Below, in pieces: positions 8,624-19,294 of a stretch of 42,966 nucleotides of DNA. Positions within the stretch are counted from its first letter, which is position 1. Every line of letters starts with the position of its first letter. Source of the DNA: Opitutaceae bacterium (GTDB taxonomy: Bacteria > Verrucomicrobiota > Verrucomicrobiia > Opitutales > Opitutaceae); NCBI GenBank assembly GCA_025457685.1, contig JALOTV010000031.1, positions 1-42,966 of the forward strand. Direction: 5' to 3'. The notes beneath the pieces were generated by a model. It saw nothing but the letters and a program-made list of their open reading frames with translations, was not told the origin of the DNA and did no database searches. The position numbers were made by a program, and so were the translations under genes.

Positions 8624-8929
8624 TTACCAAGAAGATTTGGTAACACCGGGAATCTTGCCGTTAAGAGCAAGTTCGCGGAAAGTGATACGGGAAACGCCGA
8701 ACTTGCGGATGAACGCGCGGGGACGGCCGGAGAGGCTGCAGCGGTTGCGAACACGCACGGGCGAAGAGTTCTTGGGCAGCTTCTGGAGAGCCTTGGAAGC
8801 AGCGAAAAACTCTTCGTTGGTGGCGTTGGGATTGAGCAAGGCGGCCTTGAGCTCGGCGCGTTTGGCGGCGAACTTGGCGACGAGGCGCTTGCGCTTCTCG
8901 TTGCGGTGAATGGCGGAGGTCTTGGGCAT
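8624..8929 (-). CDS. rpsN: 30S ribosomal protein S14 (long, Zn-independent type)
   Basis: 101 aa; [13 protein letters not shown]...IPGVTKSSW; only one Cys. Confidence 0.98.
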   Translation of the reverse strand: MPKTSAIHRNEKRKRLVAKFAAKRAELKAALLNPNATNEEFFAASKALQKLPKNSSPVRVRNRCSLSGRPRAFIRKFGVSRITFRELALNGKIPGVTKSSW

Positions 8930-8949
8930 GGCGGAAAGTAGTTTGAGGG

Positions 8950-9546
8950 TTAGGCGGCGTTGGCCTTGGCCGCGTTGTCGGCGGCGACTTGGGCCTCGGT
9001 GCGGCGGAAGGGCATGCCGAGCAACTTGAGGAGCTCACGAGCCTCGTCATCAGACTCAGCGGTGGTCACGATGTTGATATCAAGACCCATGCTCTTCTTC
9101 ACGCTCTCAACGTTGATCTCGGGGAAGATGGTGAAATCAGTGACGCCGAGCGCGTAGTTGCCCTGACCGTCGAGTTTGGAATGCACGCCGCGGAAGTCGC
9201 GGATGGTGGGAAGGGCCACCGCAATCAGGCGGTAGAGAAACTCCCACATGGCGTCGCCACGAAGCGTCACGTGGGCACCGACGACCTGATTCTGGCGGAG
9301 CTTGAAATTCGAGATAGCCTTCTTGGACTTCGCCAAGACCGCTTTTTGACCGGCGATAGCAGACAGATCGCGCTGGATGTCAGCGATCTGATTCTTGTCA
9401 GCCTCGGCATCGATGCCGGTGTTGAGGCTGATCTTGGTCAGCTTGGGCACTTCGTGCTTATTCTTGTATCCGCGGGCCTTGATGAGGGCCGGGACGATTT
9501 GCTCGAAGTAATGCTGTTTAAAGAAAGGAGTGCGTTTGGTGCTCAT
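8950..9546 (-). CDS. rplE: 50S ribosomal protein L5
   Basis: AIAGQK, ISNFKLR, IRDFRG, DGQGNY, IFPEI, LGMPF. Confidence 0.99.
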   Translation of the reverse strand: MSTKRTPFFKQHYFEQIVPALIKARGYKNKHEVPKLTKISLNTGIDAEADKNQIADIQRDLSAIAGQKAVLAKSKKAISNFKLRQNQVVGAHVTLRGDAMWEFLYRLIAVALPTIRDFRGVHSKLDGQGNYALGVTDFTIFPEINVESVKKSMGLDINIVTTAESDDEARELLKLLGMPFRRTEAQVAADNAAKANAA

Positions 9547-9620
9547 TTGGATGGTGTTACCGCCGGATTGCCGACCCGACGACCTAGAGTTTAAAAATTA
9601 AGAAGGAAAAGTGGAGTGAC

Positions 9621-9657
9621 GAAAAGGGGCGAGGTTACAGAGTGGAACCCCGCCCCA
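9621..9657 (-). terminator. Terminator-like hairpin inside the spc operon between rplX and rplE
   Basis: Minus strand GGGGCGGGGTT-ccactctgt-AACCTCGCCCC (11 bp with one G-U pair) followed by TTTT. Confidence 0.55.
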
Positions 9658-9693
9658 AGCAAGCCGTTTTATTTTTGATCGATGCCCAGCGTA

Positions 9694-9963
9694 TCAGGCA
9701 GCCTTGGCCGCGCGCTTCTTGGAAGCATCGAAGCGGGACTTGAGCTGAAGGTTCGACACGTGGATCGAACCCTCTCGCTCGACGATGGCGCCGTTGGGAT
9801 TTTCCTGAGACTTCTTGAGGTGACGCTTGATCATGCCGACGCCTTCAACGCGGGCGCGTTGTTTGGCGGCGAGAATCTCGAGGACCTTGCCGGACTTACC
9901 TTTGTGGGAACCGGCGATGACAACGACCTCGTCGTTGCGTTTGATATGGAAGGTGGCGGGCAT
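9694..9963 (-). CDS. rplX: 50S ribosomal protein L24
   Basis: KOW motif IKRNDEVVVIAGSHKGKSGKV; IHVSN. Start at ATG 9963. Confidence 0.97.
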   Translation of the reverse strand: MPATFHIKRNDEVVVIAGSHKGKSGKVLEILAAKQRARVEGVGMIKRHLKKSQENPNGAIVEREGSIHVSNLQLKSRFDASKKRAAKAA

Positions 9964-9964
9964 G

Positions 9965-10330
9965 TTAGAGGACCTCCGGAGCAAGGGAGATGATCTTCAT
10001 GAAGTTCTTCGCGCGCAGTTCGCGAGCGACAGGGCCGAAGATACGGGTGCCCTTGGGGTTGCCGTCGGCACCGATGATGACGATGGCGTTGGAGTCGAAA
10101 CGAAGGTAAGAACCATCGGCGCGACGCACGGGAGCCTTGGTGCGAACGACGACGGCCTTGGCGACCTCGCCCTTCTTCACCGTGGCATCGGTGGCGGAGT
10201 CCTTGATGTGGACGGTGATGATGTCGCCGACGGCGGCGGTGTCGGTAAGCTGACCCTTTTTGCGGATCATGCAGGCCTTGCGGGCGCCGGTGTTGTCCGC
10301 GACCTCGAGGCGAGAAAGAAGTTGTATCAT
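9965..10330 (-). CDS. rplN: 50S ribosomal protein L14
   Basis: [30 protein letters not shown]. Confidence 0.99.
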   Translation of the reverse strand: MIQLLSRLEVADNTGARKACMIRKKGQLTDTAAVGDIITVHIKDSATDATVKKGEVAKAVVVRTKAPVRRADGSYLRFDSNAIVIIGADGNPKGTRIFGPVARELRAKNFMKIISLAPEVL

Positions 10331-10351
10331 GGTCTGGGTGTCTCCGGCAGG

Positions 10352-10669
10352 TTAGGCTTTGATGGAGGCGGCGACATCGGCCTCGGTGATGGCGGCGACG
10401 TCGGCGGTGACGGCGCGCTCGATGATGTTGGTGACGCGCCAGCGCTTGAGGCGGCTGATGGGGCGGGTCTCCATGATCTCGACCTTGTCGCCGATCTTGG
10501 TGTCGTTTTTCTCGTCGTGAACGTGCACGACGGTCTTGCGATTGATGACCTTCTTGTAGCGGGGATGCGGAACCTTGAAGGGCACGGTGACCTTGATGGA
10601 CTTGTCACCAGAACGGCTGGTGACGTTTCCGATCAGGGTTTTACGGGAATTACGGGCGGGAGTGGACAT
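10352..10669 (-). CDS. rpsQ: 30S ribosomal protein S17
   Basis: HPRYKKVI, HDEKN, GDKVEIMETRPISRLKRW. Confidence 0.98.
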   Translation of the reverse strand: MSTPARNSRKTLIGNVTSRSGDKSIKVTVPFKVPHPRYKKVINRKTVVHVHDEKNDTKIGDKVEIMETRPISRLKRWRVTNIIERAVTADVAAITEADVAASIKA

Positions 10670-10692
10670 GGTAGGTTTCCTCGGCGCACGCC

Positions 10693-10884
10693 TCAGGCGG
10701 CGGCCTTCTGGGTCTTGATGGTTTCGAGGCGGGCGATGTCCTTGCGGAGGGAGCGAAGCTCGTGGGTCTTCTCGACCTGGCCGGTCTGCTTGCGCAGGCG
10801 GAGTCCGAGCAGCTTTTCGCGCGTTTCGTTAAGCTTTACGTTGATCTCGGCCGCGGAGAGTTCGCGGATTTCTTTGGCTTTCAT
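10693..10884 (-). CDS. rpmC: 50S ribosomal protein L29
   Basis: [10 protein letters not shown]...[11 protein letters not shown]; start at ATG 10884. Confidence 0.97.
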   Translation of the reverse strand: MKAKEIRELSAAEINVKLNETREKLLGLRLRKQTGQVEKTHELRSLRKDIARLETIKTQKAAA

Positions 10885-10906
10885 GATAAGGTTCTCCGGG
10901 GGCGGA

Positions 10907-11332
10907 TTAGGCGGCGGCGGCGGTCTCGCGAACAATGAAGCGGCACTTGAAGGGCAGCTTGGCGTCGGCGAGGCGAAACGCCTCCTTGGCAATGGTGGCA
11001 GGGACGCCGGCGAGTTCGAAAAGAACGGCACCGGGTTTGATCTGGGCGATGTAGAATTCAACCGCACCCTTACCGGAGCCCATTCGAACTTCGGCGGGCT
11101 TTTTGGTGATGGGCTTGTGCGGGAAAACGCGGATCCAGAGTTTGCCCTTGCGCTTAAGATGGCGCGAGATGGTGACGCGGGCGGCCTCGATTTGGCGACC
11201 GGTCATGGGACCGCGGCTGAGGGATTGAAGACCGAACTCGCCGAAGGCGAGGGTATTGCCGCGTTTCGCGTTGCCCTTACGGGAACCTTTTTGCGATTTG
11301 CGGTATTTGGTGCGGGCGGGAGCGAGAGCCAT
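10907..11332 (-). CDS. rplP: 50S ribosomal protein L16
   Basis: [32 protein letters not shown]. Confidence 0.99.
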   Translation of the reverse strand: MALAPARTKYRKSQKGSRKGNAKRGNTLAFGEFGLQSLSRGPMTGRQIEAARVTISRHLKRKGKLWIRVFPHKPITKKPAEVRMGSGKGAVEFYIAQIKPGAVLFELAGVPATIAKEAFRLADAKLPFKCRFIVRETAAAA

Positions 11333-11383
11333 GGTGGTGTTCTCCTGTTTTTAGATGGGTGGTGTTGGACGGGGAACGAAGAC

Positions 11384-12016
11384 TCAGGCGGTCGCTTCGT
11401 CTTTTTTCAGGATCCAGCACTTGACGCCGATCTTGCCGTAAAGGGTCTTGGCTTCGAAGAAGCCGTAATCGATGTTTTCGCGGAGGGTATGGAGAGGAAC
11501 GCGACCTTTGCGCTGCCACTCGCGGCGGGCGATGTCGGAGCCGCCCAGACGACCTGAGCACTGGATACGGATGCCTTCGGCGCCGAGGCTCATGGCGGTC
11601 TCCACGGCCTTCTTCATGGCGCGGCGGAAAGCGATGCGACGCTCGAGCTGCAGCGCCACGTTTTCGGCGACAAGACCGGCCTCGATCTCGGGCTTTTTGA
11701 TTTCCTGAATATCGAGAAGGACTTCCTTGCCGGTGAGCTTGGCGAGGTCGGCCTTGATGACCTCGACTTCGGCACCCTTGCGGCCGATGACAATGCCAGG
11801 ACGAGCAGTGTAGATCTTGACACGCACGCGATTCGAAGCGCGCTCGATGAAGATCTTGGGAACGGAAGCTCCCTTGAGTTTCTCCATCAGGAAATTACGA
11901 ATGATCTGGTCCTCGTGGAGGAGCTTGGCGAAGTCCTTCTTGGTAGCATACCAGCGAGACTGCCAGTTGCGACGGACGGCGAGACGGAAGCCGGTGGGAT
12001 TGGTTTTCTGGCCCAT
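11384..12016 (-). CDS. rpsC: 30S ribosomal protein S3
   Basis: [31 protein letters not shown]. Confidence 0.99.
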   Translation of the reverse strand: MGQKTNPTGFRLAVRRNWQSRWYATKKDFAKLLHEDQIIRNFLMEKLKGASVPKIFIERASNRVRVKIYTARPGIVIGRKGAEVEVIKADLAKLTGKEVLLDIQEIKKPEIEAGLVAENVALQLERRIAFRRAMKKAVETAMSLGAEGIRIQCSGRLGGSDIARREWQRKGRVPLHTLRENIDYGFFEAKTLYGKIGVKCWILKKDEATA

Positions 12017-12027
12017 GGTGGTAAGTC

Positions 12028-12369
12028 TTAGTTGGATTGGCCGTCAGAGAGAATGACGGTGATGTGGCTCATCTTCTTGCGGCGGGGAGCGGCGGTGCCG
12101 CGCGCAGCGGCTTTGAAACGCTTTAGCACAGGCCCTTGATCGACATAGGCGGTCTTCACGACCAAGGCGTCGGACGAGAGATTGTTGTTGTTCTCAGCGT
12201 TGGCGATGGCGCTTTTGAGCGTCTTGTTGATGAGCTGGGCTGACTTGCGCGGAATGAGCGCGAGGTATTCAGAGGCCTCGGTGGCGCGACGACCAGTGAT
12301 GGTGCGGGCAACTTCGCGAACCTTTTTAGGGGACATGCGAGCGTTGCGAGTGATTGCGGTGACTTCCAT
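12028..12369 (-). CDS. rplV: 50S ribosomal protein L22
   Basis: [30 protein letters not shown]; start at ATG 12369. Confidence 0.97.
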   Translation of the reverse strand: MEVTAITRNARMSPKKVREVARTITGRRATEASEYLALIPRKSAQLINKTLKSAIANAENNNNLSSDALVVKTAYVDQGPVLKRFKAAARGTAAPRRKKMSHITVILSDGQSN

Positions 12370-12442
12370 GGTATGAGATTCCTTTTTTAGAGGCGACAGC
12401 CGCAGAGAATTTACTCTGCCCTGCCCTTTGGTTGGATGATAT

Positions 12443-12784
12443 TTATCGAGTGGAAACAGTTTTAACAGACACATGGTCTCCAAGCTGGAAACCGAGGTCG
12501 GGAGCAAGATCGATGATTAGGGCGCTGGCCGCACGGGGCCGAAGGTCAACGAGCAGAAGCTCGCCTACACGACGACCTGCGCGCGAAACCGTGCAAACCA
12601 TACCCTCGCGCAAACCGGCTTCGTGACCTGCATCAAGAATGACGAGGTCTGCGGTTGACGAAGAACTGATGTGACGGATTTGCGCGCCGCCAACCGAACG
12701 TTGAGCCGCCACCTCAGCCCACGCCGAGGCCGCGCCGAGAGAGGCGGCGACCAAAAAGCGAAAAGCGGAGGTGGAAGAAACCAT
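12443..12784 (-). CDS. Hypothetical secreted protein (signal peptide + small beta domain, FlgT-C-like) inserted in the S10 operon
   Basis: ORF fills the rpsS-rplV gap on the operon strand. N-terminus FRFLVAASLGAASAWA; pattern VILDAG..GLREG..V.R..VGEL.LV..ASALI..GD.V. Domain call is by eye. Confidence 0.7.
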   Translation of the reverse strand: MVSSTSAFRFLVAASLGAASAWAEVAAQRSVGGAQIRHISSSSTADLVILDAGHEAGLREGMVCTVSRAGRRVGELLLVDLRPRAASALIIDLAPDLGFQLGDHVSVKTVSTR

Positions 12785-12814
12785 CGGATGACGGAAAAGC
12801 GCGGATACGAGCAA

Positions 12815-13090
12815 CTAGATCTCCTTGCGGGTCATGCCACCGTGCGCCTTGAAGACTCGGGTGGGGGCGAACTCGCCTAGTTTGTGACCGACCATGTTCT
12901 CGGTGACATAAACGGAGACGAAAGCCTTGCCGTTATGCACGTTGAAGTTGTGACCGATGAAATCGGGCGTGATGGTCGAACGACGGGACCAGGTTTGGAT
13001 GGGCTTCTTGTTGTTCGTGGCGACAGCCTTCTCGATTTTTTCGAGCAGGTGGTAATCGACAAAGAAACCTTTTTTGATGGAACGGGCCAT
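12815..13090 (-). CDS. rpsS: 30S ribosomal protein S19
   Basis: [26 protein letters not shown]. Confidence 0.99.
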   Translation of the reverse strand: MARSIKKGFFVDYHLLEKIEKAVATNNKKPIQTWSRRSTITPDFIGHNFNVHNGKAFVSVYVTENMVGHKLGEFAPTRVFKAHGGMTRKEI

Positions 13091-13111
13091 GGTGGGTAAG
13101 CGGTAAGGTGA

Positions 13112-13978
13112 TTACTTCTTGCCGCGCGGCTTGCGGCCGTTGTGGCGAACGAGGATCTGGCTGTTCGAGGGCTTCGAACGCTTGCGGGTGGGGAAGCCCT
13201 TCGCGAGCTGACCCCAAGGCGACACGAGGTGCTGGCGACCGCCACCACCCTTGGACTTGCCCTGACCACCACCGTTGGGGTGATCGACGGGGTTCATCGA
13301 AACGCCACGCTGACGGGGGCGCTTGCCGAGCCAGCGGCTGCGACCGGCCTTACCGAGGGAGCGGTTCATGTGGTCACCGTTGCCAACTTCGCCAATGGTG
13401 GCGCGGCACTTGGGATTGACCAAGCGAATCTCGCCGGAAGGCATCTTAAGCTGGGCTACGCCGTTTTCGACCGCAACAAGTTCGATCGAGGTGCCAGCGG
13501 TGCGTCCGAGCTGGGCACCGCGGCCCGGGATGAGCTCGACACAGTGCAGCTTGGTGGAGGGGGGGATGATCTCGAGAGGGAAGTTGTTACCAACAAGAAA
13601 ATCGTTGGTGGTGGCTTTGTTCGAGGTGATGAGCTTGTCGCCCACTTTCATGCCATTGGCGGCGATGATGTAGCGTTTCTCGCCGCCTTCATACTGCACG
13701 AGAGCCAAGCGGGAAGAGCGGTTGGGATCGTATTCAAGCGCAACGACCGTGGCGGGCACGTCGAGGATAGCGCGCTTGAAATCCACAATGCGATGAAGGC
13801 GTTTGTGACCGCCGCCACGACGGCGACTGGTGATGCGGCCGTTGTTGTTGCGGCCGCCAGACTTGGCTTGAGAGTAGGTCAGGGACCGCTCGGGGCGTTT
13901 GTCAGAGAGGGTCTCATCCGAATTCAGCACGGTGAAGCGCTGAGAAGGAGTGAGGGGACGGAAGGATTTGAGAGCCAT
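13112..13978 (-). CDS. rplB: 50S ribosomal protein L2
   Basis: GGRNNNGRIT, EYDPNRS, MNPVDHP. Confidence 0.99.
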   Translation of the reverse strand: MALKSFRPLTPSQRFTVLNSDETLSDKRPERSLTYSQAKSGGRNNNGRITSRRRGGGHKRLHRIVDFKRAILDVPATVVALEYDPNRSSRLALVQYEGGEKRYIIAANGMKVGDKLITSNKATTNDFLVGNNFPLEIIPPSTKLHCVELIPGRGAQLGRTAGTSIELVAVENGVAQLKMPSGEIRLVNPKCRATIGEVGNGDHMNRSLGKAGRSRWLGKRPRQRGVSMNPVDHPNGGGQGKSKGGGGRQHLVSPWGQLAKGFPTRKRSKPSNSQILVRHNGRKPRGKK

Positions 13979-14011
13979 GTTGGGTGGTTCCTTAGGTGGT
14001 GTCGTTCGGCC

Positions 14012-14293
14012 TTAGACCAGCTCGATCTTGTCGCCCGCCTTGAGGGTCACGATGGCCTTCTTGAGGACAGACGTGGTGGTGGGACGACCCGAGCGGGTGC
14101 GCTTGGGCTTGCCGGCGATGGTCTGGGTGTTGACGCGAACAACACTGACTTTGAACGCCTTTTCGACCGCTGCGGCGATCTGATGCTTGGTGGCCTTCGG
14201 GTAAACCTCGAAGGTGTATTGACCGAGCTCGGAAGACAGACCGGAAGCCTTCTCCGTGAGACGGACTTGTTTGAGGACGGCGAGGGCGTTCAT
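14012..14293 (-). CDS. rplW: 50S ribosomal protein L23
   Basis: TEKA, YTFEV, KKAIVTL. Confidence 0.98.
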   Translation of the reverse strand: MNALAVLKQVRLTEKASGLSSELGQYTFEVYPKATKHQIAAAVEKAFKVSVVRVNTQTIAGKPKRTRSGRPTTTSVLKKAIVTLKAGDKIELV

Positions 14294-14883
14294 TAGTTCT
14301 TACCTCCGTTGACGCGGGCGATGATCTTCTCGAGGCCCTTGGAGCTGACGATGATGCGCTTATATTGCGCCTCGATGTTGCGGGCAGCTTGGGCGGCCGT
14401 GACCGAGAAGCTGTCATCAACGAGAAGAATCTTCCCGATTGGGGCGATGCGAGCGACAACCTCGTTGATCAACTTGGTCTTGGGCTGGGCGACAGACCAA
14501 GCCTCTATCACGTCGATCTCGCCAGCGACGGCGCGTTCGAAGAGGGCGCGGGAGAAAGCGAGTGCCTTCACCTGGCTGTTAATCTTCTTGGAGTAGTCGC
14601 GGGGCTTGGGACCGAAGACGACACCACCGCCGACCCAAATGGGGGAGCGGTTGGAGCCGGCACGGGCGCGTCCGGTGCCCTTCTGGCGCCAGGGCTTCTT
14701 GCCGCCGCCGGATACCTCACCACGAGTTTTCGTGGAGTGGGTGCCGAGACGGGCGTTGGCGTTGATGGCGACGATCACTTCCTTGAGTGCTTGAACGCCC
14801 TTATCACCCTCAAACTGAGGGAGATCGGCGAAGTCTTGCTCGCGGGAGGTTTTACCGTCGGCGCTGTAAACTTTGAGTTTCAT
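14293..14883 (-). CDS. rplD: 50S ribosomal protein L4 (apparent internal deletion near the C-terminus)
   Basis: [35 protein letters not shown]. Confidence 0.97.
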   Translation of the reverse strand: MKLKVYSADGKTSREQDFADLPQFEGDKGVQALKEVIVAINANARLGTHSTKTRGEVSGGGKKPWRQKGTGRARAGSNRSPIWVGGGVVFGPKPRDYSKKINSQVKALAFSRALFERAVAGEIDVIEAWSVAQPKTKLINEVVARIAPIGKILLVDDSFSVTAAQAARNIEAQYKRIIVSSKGLEKIIARVNGGKN

Positions 14884-14901
14884 GGGTGGCGTGCTCCTTT
14901 A

Positions 14902-15546
14902 TCAGGCCTTGGGCTGGCCCTTGATGGCGGTGCGGACGATAACGTCGTCGCCGTTTGCGCCAGGGATGGCTCCCTTGACGAGGATGAGGTTCTTGTCGGC
15001 AACGATCTTCACAACCTGGAGGTTCTGAAGGGTGCGCTTCACTTGGCCCATGTGACCGGGCATGGACTGATTTTTCCACGTGCGGCCAGGGGTCTGGCGC
15101 ATGCCGATCGAACCGATGCGACGATGGAACATGGAGCCGTGGGTGGCGGGACCGCCGGCGGCGCGGAAGCGTTTGACGACGCCCGCGAAGCCTTTGCCCT
15201 TGGTGACGCCGATGACGTCCACCAACTGGCCTTCCTTGAAGGCATCGACGGTGATCACATCACCGGCCTTCTGGGTGGGGGTCTCGGCGAGGCGAACCTC
15301 GGAGAGAACACGGGGGGCGGATTCGAGACCAGCCTTGGCGGCATGGGCGATTTCGGCCTTGGAGGTGTTCTTGGCTTTTTTGGCCGAGAACCCGAGTTGA
15401 ACTGCATTGTAGCCGTCGGTGGCTACGGTCTTAACCTGGACCACAGAATTGGGTCCGGCTTCGACTACGGTGACGGGGACCAAGACGTTTTGAGCGTCAT
15501 AGACCTGAGTCATCCCGATCTTTTTACCGATGAGGGTGTTGATCAT
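14902..15546 (-). CDS. rplC: 50S ribosomal protein L3
   Basis: GKKIGMTQ, DGYNAVQ, KGKGFAGVVKR, MPGHMG. Confidence 0.99.
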   Translation of the reverse strand: MINTLIGKKIGMTQVYDAQNVLVPVTVVEAGPNSVVQVKTVATDGYNAVQLGFSAKKAKNTSKAEIAHAAKAGLESAPRVLSEVRLAETPTQKAGDVITVDAFKEGQLVDVIGVTKGKGFAGVVKRFRAAGGPATHGSMFHRRIGSIGMRQTPGRTWKNQSMPGHMGQVKRTLQNLQVVKIVADKNLILVKGAIPGANGDDVIVRTAIKGQPKA

Positions 15547-15555
15547 GGCTAAGCG

Positions 15556-15624
15556 GTAGGTGGAGGGTTTCCGTTTCGTGAGACCTACATTAGCGATTTC
15601 GGCGGAGGCCGCCGAAGCGCGCTA
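15556..15624 (-). promoter_or_regulatory. Two-hairpin structure upstream of rplC (candidate r-protein leader)
   Basis: TTAGCG..TTCGGCGG-cct-CCGCCGAA..CGCTAA, then GTAGGT...ACCTAC ending 9 nt before the rplC ATG. Confidence 0.45.
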
Positions 15625-15673
15625 AACTGTTGGACTGAAAGGACTGGGTGGTGAGTATTCGATAAACGGATAC

Positions 15674-15982
15674 TTACACGTTGATGGTGATATCGACACC
15701 GGAAGGGAGGTTGAGCTTCTTCAGCTCGTCCACGGTCTGCGCGGTGGGCTCGATGATGTCGATGAGGCGCTTGTGGGTGCGGCTCTCGAACTGCTCCATG
15801 GACTTCTTGTCCACGTGCGGGGAACGGTTAACGGTCAGCTTCTCGATTTGGGTCGGGAGCGGAACGGGACCGGAGACACGGGCGCCGGAGCGCTTGGCGG
15901 TCTCGACGATCTCGAGGGCGGACTGGTCGATTACGCGGTAATCGAAACCCTTGAGACGGATGCGGATTTTTTGGCCTTTCAT
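15674..15982 (-). CDS. rpsJ: 30S ribosomal protein S10
   Basis: [33 protein letters not shown]. Confidence 0.99.
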   Translation of the reverse strand: MKGQKIRIRLKGFDYRVIDQSALEIVETAKRSGARVSGPVPLPTQIEKLTVNRSPHVDKKSMEQFESRTHKRLIDIIEPTAQTVDELKKLNLPSGVDITINV

Positions 15983-16002
15983 GGCGGAAAAAGAACGAGG
16001 TT

Positions 16003-18189
16003 TTACGTGCGGGCCGGACCCTTGGCGTTGTTCTCGACAATCTTGGCGAGAAGCTGATTCGGGACCTGCTCGAAATGGGAGGGAGTGATGGAGGCGGACG
16101 CGCGGCCCTTGGAAAGGGAGCGAATGTCGGTAACGTAACCGAAGAGGTTTTCCAGCGGCACGGCGGAGCTGATGATGCAGGCACCGTTCTTGTTTTCCAT
16201 GCCCTGGATGGTGCCGCGACGACGATTGATATCGCCGATCAGGTCGCCCTGATACTCTTCCGGAGTGGTGACCTCGACGCCCATGATGGGTTCGAGGAGG
16301 ATGGGCTTGGCGTTCTTCATCGCGTCCTTGAACGCGAAGATGCCCGCCATCTTGAAGGCCATTTCGGAGGAATCCACTTCGTGGAAGGAACCGTCCTTGA
16401 TGCGAACAATCGCGTCCACAACCGGGAAGCCGGCGATGACACCATTGTTGGCCGCCTCGAGGATGCCATCGGTGGAGGGCTTGATGAATTCCTTGGGAAT
16501 GGAGCCGCCAACGGTCTCGTTGATGACTTCGACGCCCTTGCCTTTTTCGTTCGGCTCGATGGTGCAGACCACGTGGCCATACTGGCCCTTACCACCGGAC
16601 TGACGGACAAACTTGCCTTCGCCGTTCGCGGGAGCAGTAACGGTCTCGCGGTAGGCGATCTGGGGCTTGCCGGAGGTAGCCTCAACCTTGAACTCGCGCT
16701 TCATGCGGTCCACGATGATTTCGAGGTGAAGCTCGCCCATGCCTGCGAGGATGGTCTGGCCGGTGTCTTGGTCGGTCTTGACGCGCAAGGTCGGATCCTC
16801 GGCAACCAAACGCTGGAGCGCGGTGCCCAGCTTTTCTTGGTCAGCCTTGGAATTCGGCTCGATCGACATCGCGATGACGGGCTCAGGGAAGGACGGAGGC
16901 TCGAGGCGGATATCGGCATCCTCATGGCAGAGCGTGTCACCGGTGATCACTTCCTTCACGCCGACCATGGCGCAAATGTCGCCAGAGTAGGCGATGTCGA
17001 TTTCCTCACGATCCATGGCGCGCATCAACACGAGGCGAGAAACGCGCTCAGAGCGGCGGGTGCGGGGATTGTAAACAGCGGTGCCCTTATGAAGAGCGCC
17101 CGTGTAAACACGGAAGAAAACCAACTTACCCACGAAAGGATCGGTCCAAAGCTTGAAAGCAAGACCGGCAAGCTTGGCTTTGTCGTCAGGAACAACACCG
17201 ACGCTCTCGCCATCGCTGTTCTGGCCCATCATGGGGGGCAGATCGAGCGGGTTGGGGAGGTAGTTGACGACGCAATCAAGCAGGCGCTGAACGCCCTTCT
17301 TCTTGAAGGCGGAGCCAGGAATGACGCCGGTAAACTTCATGGAGACGGTGGCCTTACGGACCGCGACCATCAACTCGGCGGCGGTGATTGCCTCGCCGCT
17401 CAGATATTTCTCAGCCAGCGCATCGTCGAAGTCGGAGACGGCTTCGATGAGCTTTTCGCGGTATTCCTTGGTCTTCTCAACCAAGTCAGCGGGAATCGGA
17501 TGAAGCTTGGGCTCGAGATCCATATTCATCGGATCTTCGAACATGTAGGCTACCTCTTGGACGAGATCGACGACACCGACAAAGTTCTCCTCGTTGCCGA
17601 TAGGAAGGAACAGGGCGTGAGCGTTGGCCTTGAGCTTCTCGCGCATCTCGTCGATGGCCCGGAAGAAATTGGCGCCGGTGCGATCCATCTTGTTGATGAA
17701 AGCGACGCGGGGAACGCCATACTTGTTGGCCTGACGCCATACTGTCTCGGACTGGGGCTGAACGCCGGCGACGGCACAGAAAACGGCAACGGCACCGTCA
17801 AGAACACGCATCGAGCGCTCCACCTCGGCGGTGAAGTCCACGTGGCCAGGAGTGTCGATGATGTTGATGCGCTGCTTGATGCCCTTCCACGGACCGCAAG
17901 AGGCGTTCCAAGCGCAAGAAATTGCGGCGGCGGTGATGGTGATGCCACGCTCGCGCTCCTGCTCCATCCAGTCGGTCACCGCGGTGCCCTCGTGGACCTC
18001 ACCCATCTTGTGAACGGCACCCGAATAGAAAAGGATGCGCTCAGAAGTGGTGGTTTTGCCTGCATCGATGTGCGCGGCAATACCGATATTGCGCGTCCAC
18101 TCCAAGGGGAAGGGGCGGTCTTTGGAATTGGCGGGCGAAATCTTCGCCTTGTCGGTTACGATTGTGATTTGTGGAGCTTCGGCGGACAT
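16003..18189 (-). CDS. fusA: Elongation factor G
   Basis: [33 protein letters not shown]. Confidence 0.99.
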   Translation of the reverse strand: MSAEAPQITIVTDKAKISPANSKDRPFPLEWTRNIGIAAHIDAGKTTTSERILFYSGAVHKMGEVHEGTAVTDWMEQERERGITITAAAISCAWNASCGPWKGIKQRINIIDTPGHVDFTAEVERSMRVLDGAVAVFCAVAGVQPQSETVWRQANKYGVPRVAFINKMDRTGANFFRAIDEMREKLKANAHALFLPIGNEENFVGVVDLVQEVAYMFEDPMNMDLEPKLHPIPADLVEKTKEYREKLIEAVSDFDDALAEKYLSGEAITAAELMVAVRKATVSMKFTGVIPGSAFKKKGVQRLLDCVVNYLPNPLDLPPMMGQNSDGESVGVVPDDKAKLAGLAFKLWTDPFVGKLVFFRVYTGALHKGTAVYNPRTRRSERVSRLVLMRAMDREEIDIAYSGDICAMVGVKEVITGDTLCHEDADIRLEPPSFPEPVIAMSIEPNSKADQEKLGTALQRLVAEDPTLRVKTDQDTGQTILAGMGELHLEIIVDRMKREFKVEATSGKPQIAYRETVTAPANGEGKFVRQSGGKGQYGHVVCTIEPNEKGKGVEVINETVGGSIPKEFIKPSTDGILEAANNGVIAGFPVVDAIVRIKDGSFHEVDSSEMAFKMAGIFAFKDAMKNAKPILLEPIMGVEVTTPEEYQGDLIGDINRRRGTIQGMENKNGACIISSAVPLENLFGYVTDIRSLSKGRASASITPSHFEQVPNQLLAKIVENNAKGPART

Positions 18190-18232
18190 GGTGCGCGAGG
18201 GTCGAAAAAGAAGAGGAGGGCGGAGGGAAGGC

Positions 18233-18706
18233 TTACCAGCGGAGGTGGGCGAAGGCGCGATTGGCCTGGGCCATCTTGTGGGTGTCTTCCTTCTTCTTCA
18301 CGACGTTGCCGGTGTTGTTGTAGGCATCGACGATCTCGGCAGCGAGGGCGTCCTTCATGGGCAGACCCTTGCGTCCACCGGCGGCGGTGACGATCCAGCG
18401 AAGAGCCAGGGACTCCTGACGCTCGTAGGAAATTTCGATGGGCACTTGATAGGTGGCGCCGCCAACGCGGCGGCTCTTCACCTCAAGGCGTGGACGGGCA
18501 TTTTCGAGCGCGCCGATGAGAAGATCCACCGGATCACCCTTCTGGAGCTTCTCGGAAACTTTCTCGAAGGCGCCGTAAACGATGCGCTCGGCGAGGTTCT
18601 TTTTGCCGGACTGCATGACAACGTTGACTAGGTGGGCAACGAGGACGCTGCTGTAACGGGAATCCGGAGTGGCCTGACGCTTGGTGGCGCGGTGACGGCG
18701 TGACAT
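18233..18706 (-). CDS. rpsG: 30S ribosomal protein S7
   Basis: [27 protein letters not shown]. Confidence 0.99.
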   Translation of the reverse strand: MSRRHRATKRQATPDSRYSSVLVAHLVNVVMQSGKKNLAERIVYGAFEKVSEKLQKGDPVDLLIGALENARPRLEVKSRRVGGATYQVPIEISYERQESLALRWIVTAAGGRKGLPMKDALAAEIVDAYNNTGNVVKKKEDTHKMAQANRAFAHLRW

Positions 18707-18745
18707 AGTGCTTGAAGGTGCTGAGGGCTGCGGTTTGAGGCGGGC

Positions 18746-19135
18746 TTACTTTTTGGCGGCGGCAGCTTTCGGACGCTTGACGCCATACTTGGAGCGAGAG
18801 CGACGACGTTTCTCGACGCCGGTAGCGTCCAGCGTGCCGCGGACGATGTGGTAGCGCACGCCGGGAAGATCCTTCACGCGTCCACCGCGCACGAGAACGA
18901 TGGAGTGCTCCTGGAGGTTGTGGCCTTCGTCAGGGATGTAGGAGATGACTTCGTTGCCGTTGGTAAGGCGGACCTTCGCGACCTTGCGGATAGCGGAGTT
19001 GGGCTTCTTGGGGGTGCGGGTCATGACCTGCACGCAGACGCCACGGCGGAAAGGATTGTTGTCCAGAGCGGGAGACTTGGACTTCGCGCTGACCTTGCGG
19101 CGGCCTTTGCGCACGAGTTGATTGATGGTAGGCAT
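18746..19135 (-). CDS. rpsL: 30S ribosomal protein S12
   Basis: [28 protein letters not shown]. Confidence 0.99.
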   Translation of the reverse strand: MPTINQLVRKGRRKVSAKSKSPALDNNPFRRGVCVQVMTRTPKKPNSAIRKVAKVRLTNGNEVISYIPDEGHNLQEHSIVLVRGGRVKDLPGVRYHIVRGTLDATGVEKRRRSRSKYGVKRPKAAAAKK

Positions 19136-19175
19136 GACGGGTTAAAGACGCTTAGAAATAGGGAAAAGACGACGA

Positions 19176-19204
19176 AGCTGCGATTCCGGGAAATTCGGTG
19201 CAAG
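19176..19204 (-). promoter_or_regulatory. Putative sigma70-type promoter of the str operon
   Basis: Minus strand TTGCAC-N17-CAGCTT, about 40 nt upstream of rpsL, with a T-rich upstream tract. Confidence 0.45.
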
Positions 19205-19294
19205 CGAAAATTCCAAGAATCGCGAAAAACAAAAACAAGAGAACTGTGACGCTCCTGCTTTTGCTTGGAAGAGGGTTCGATACTGCAGCCAGAT

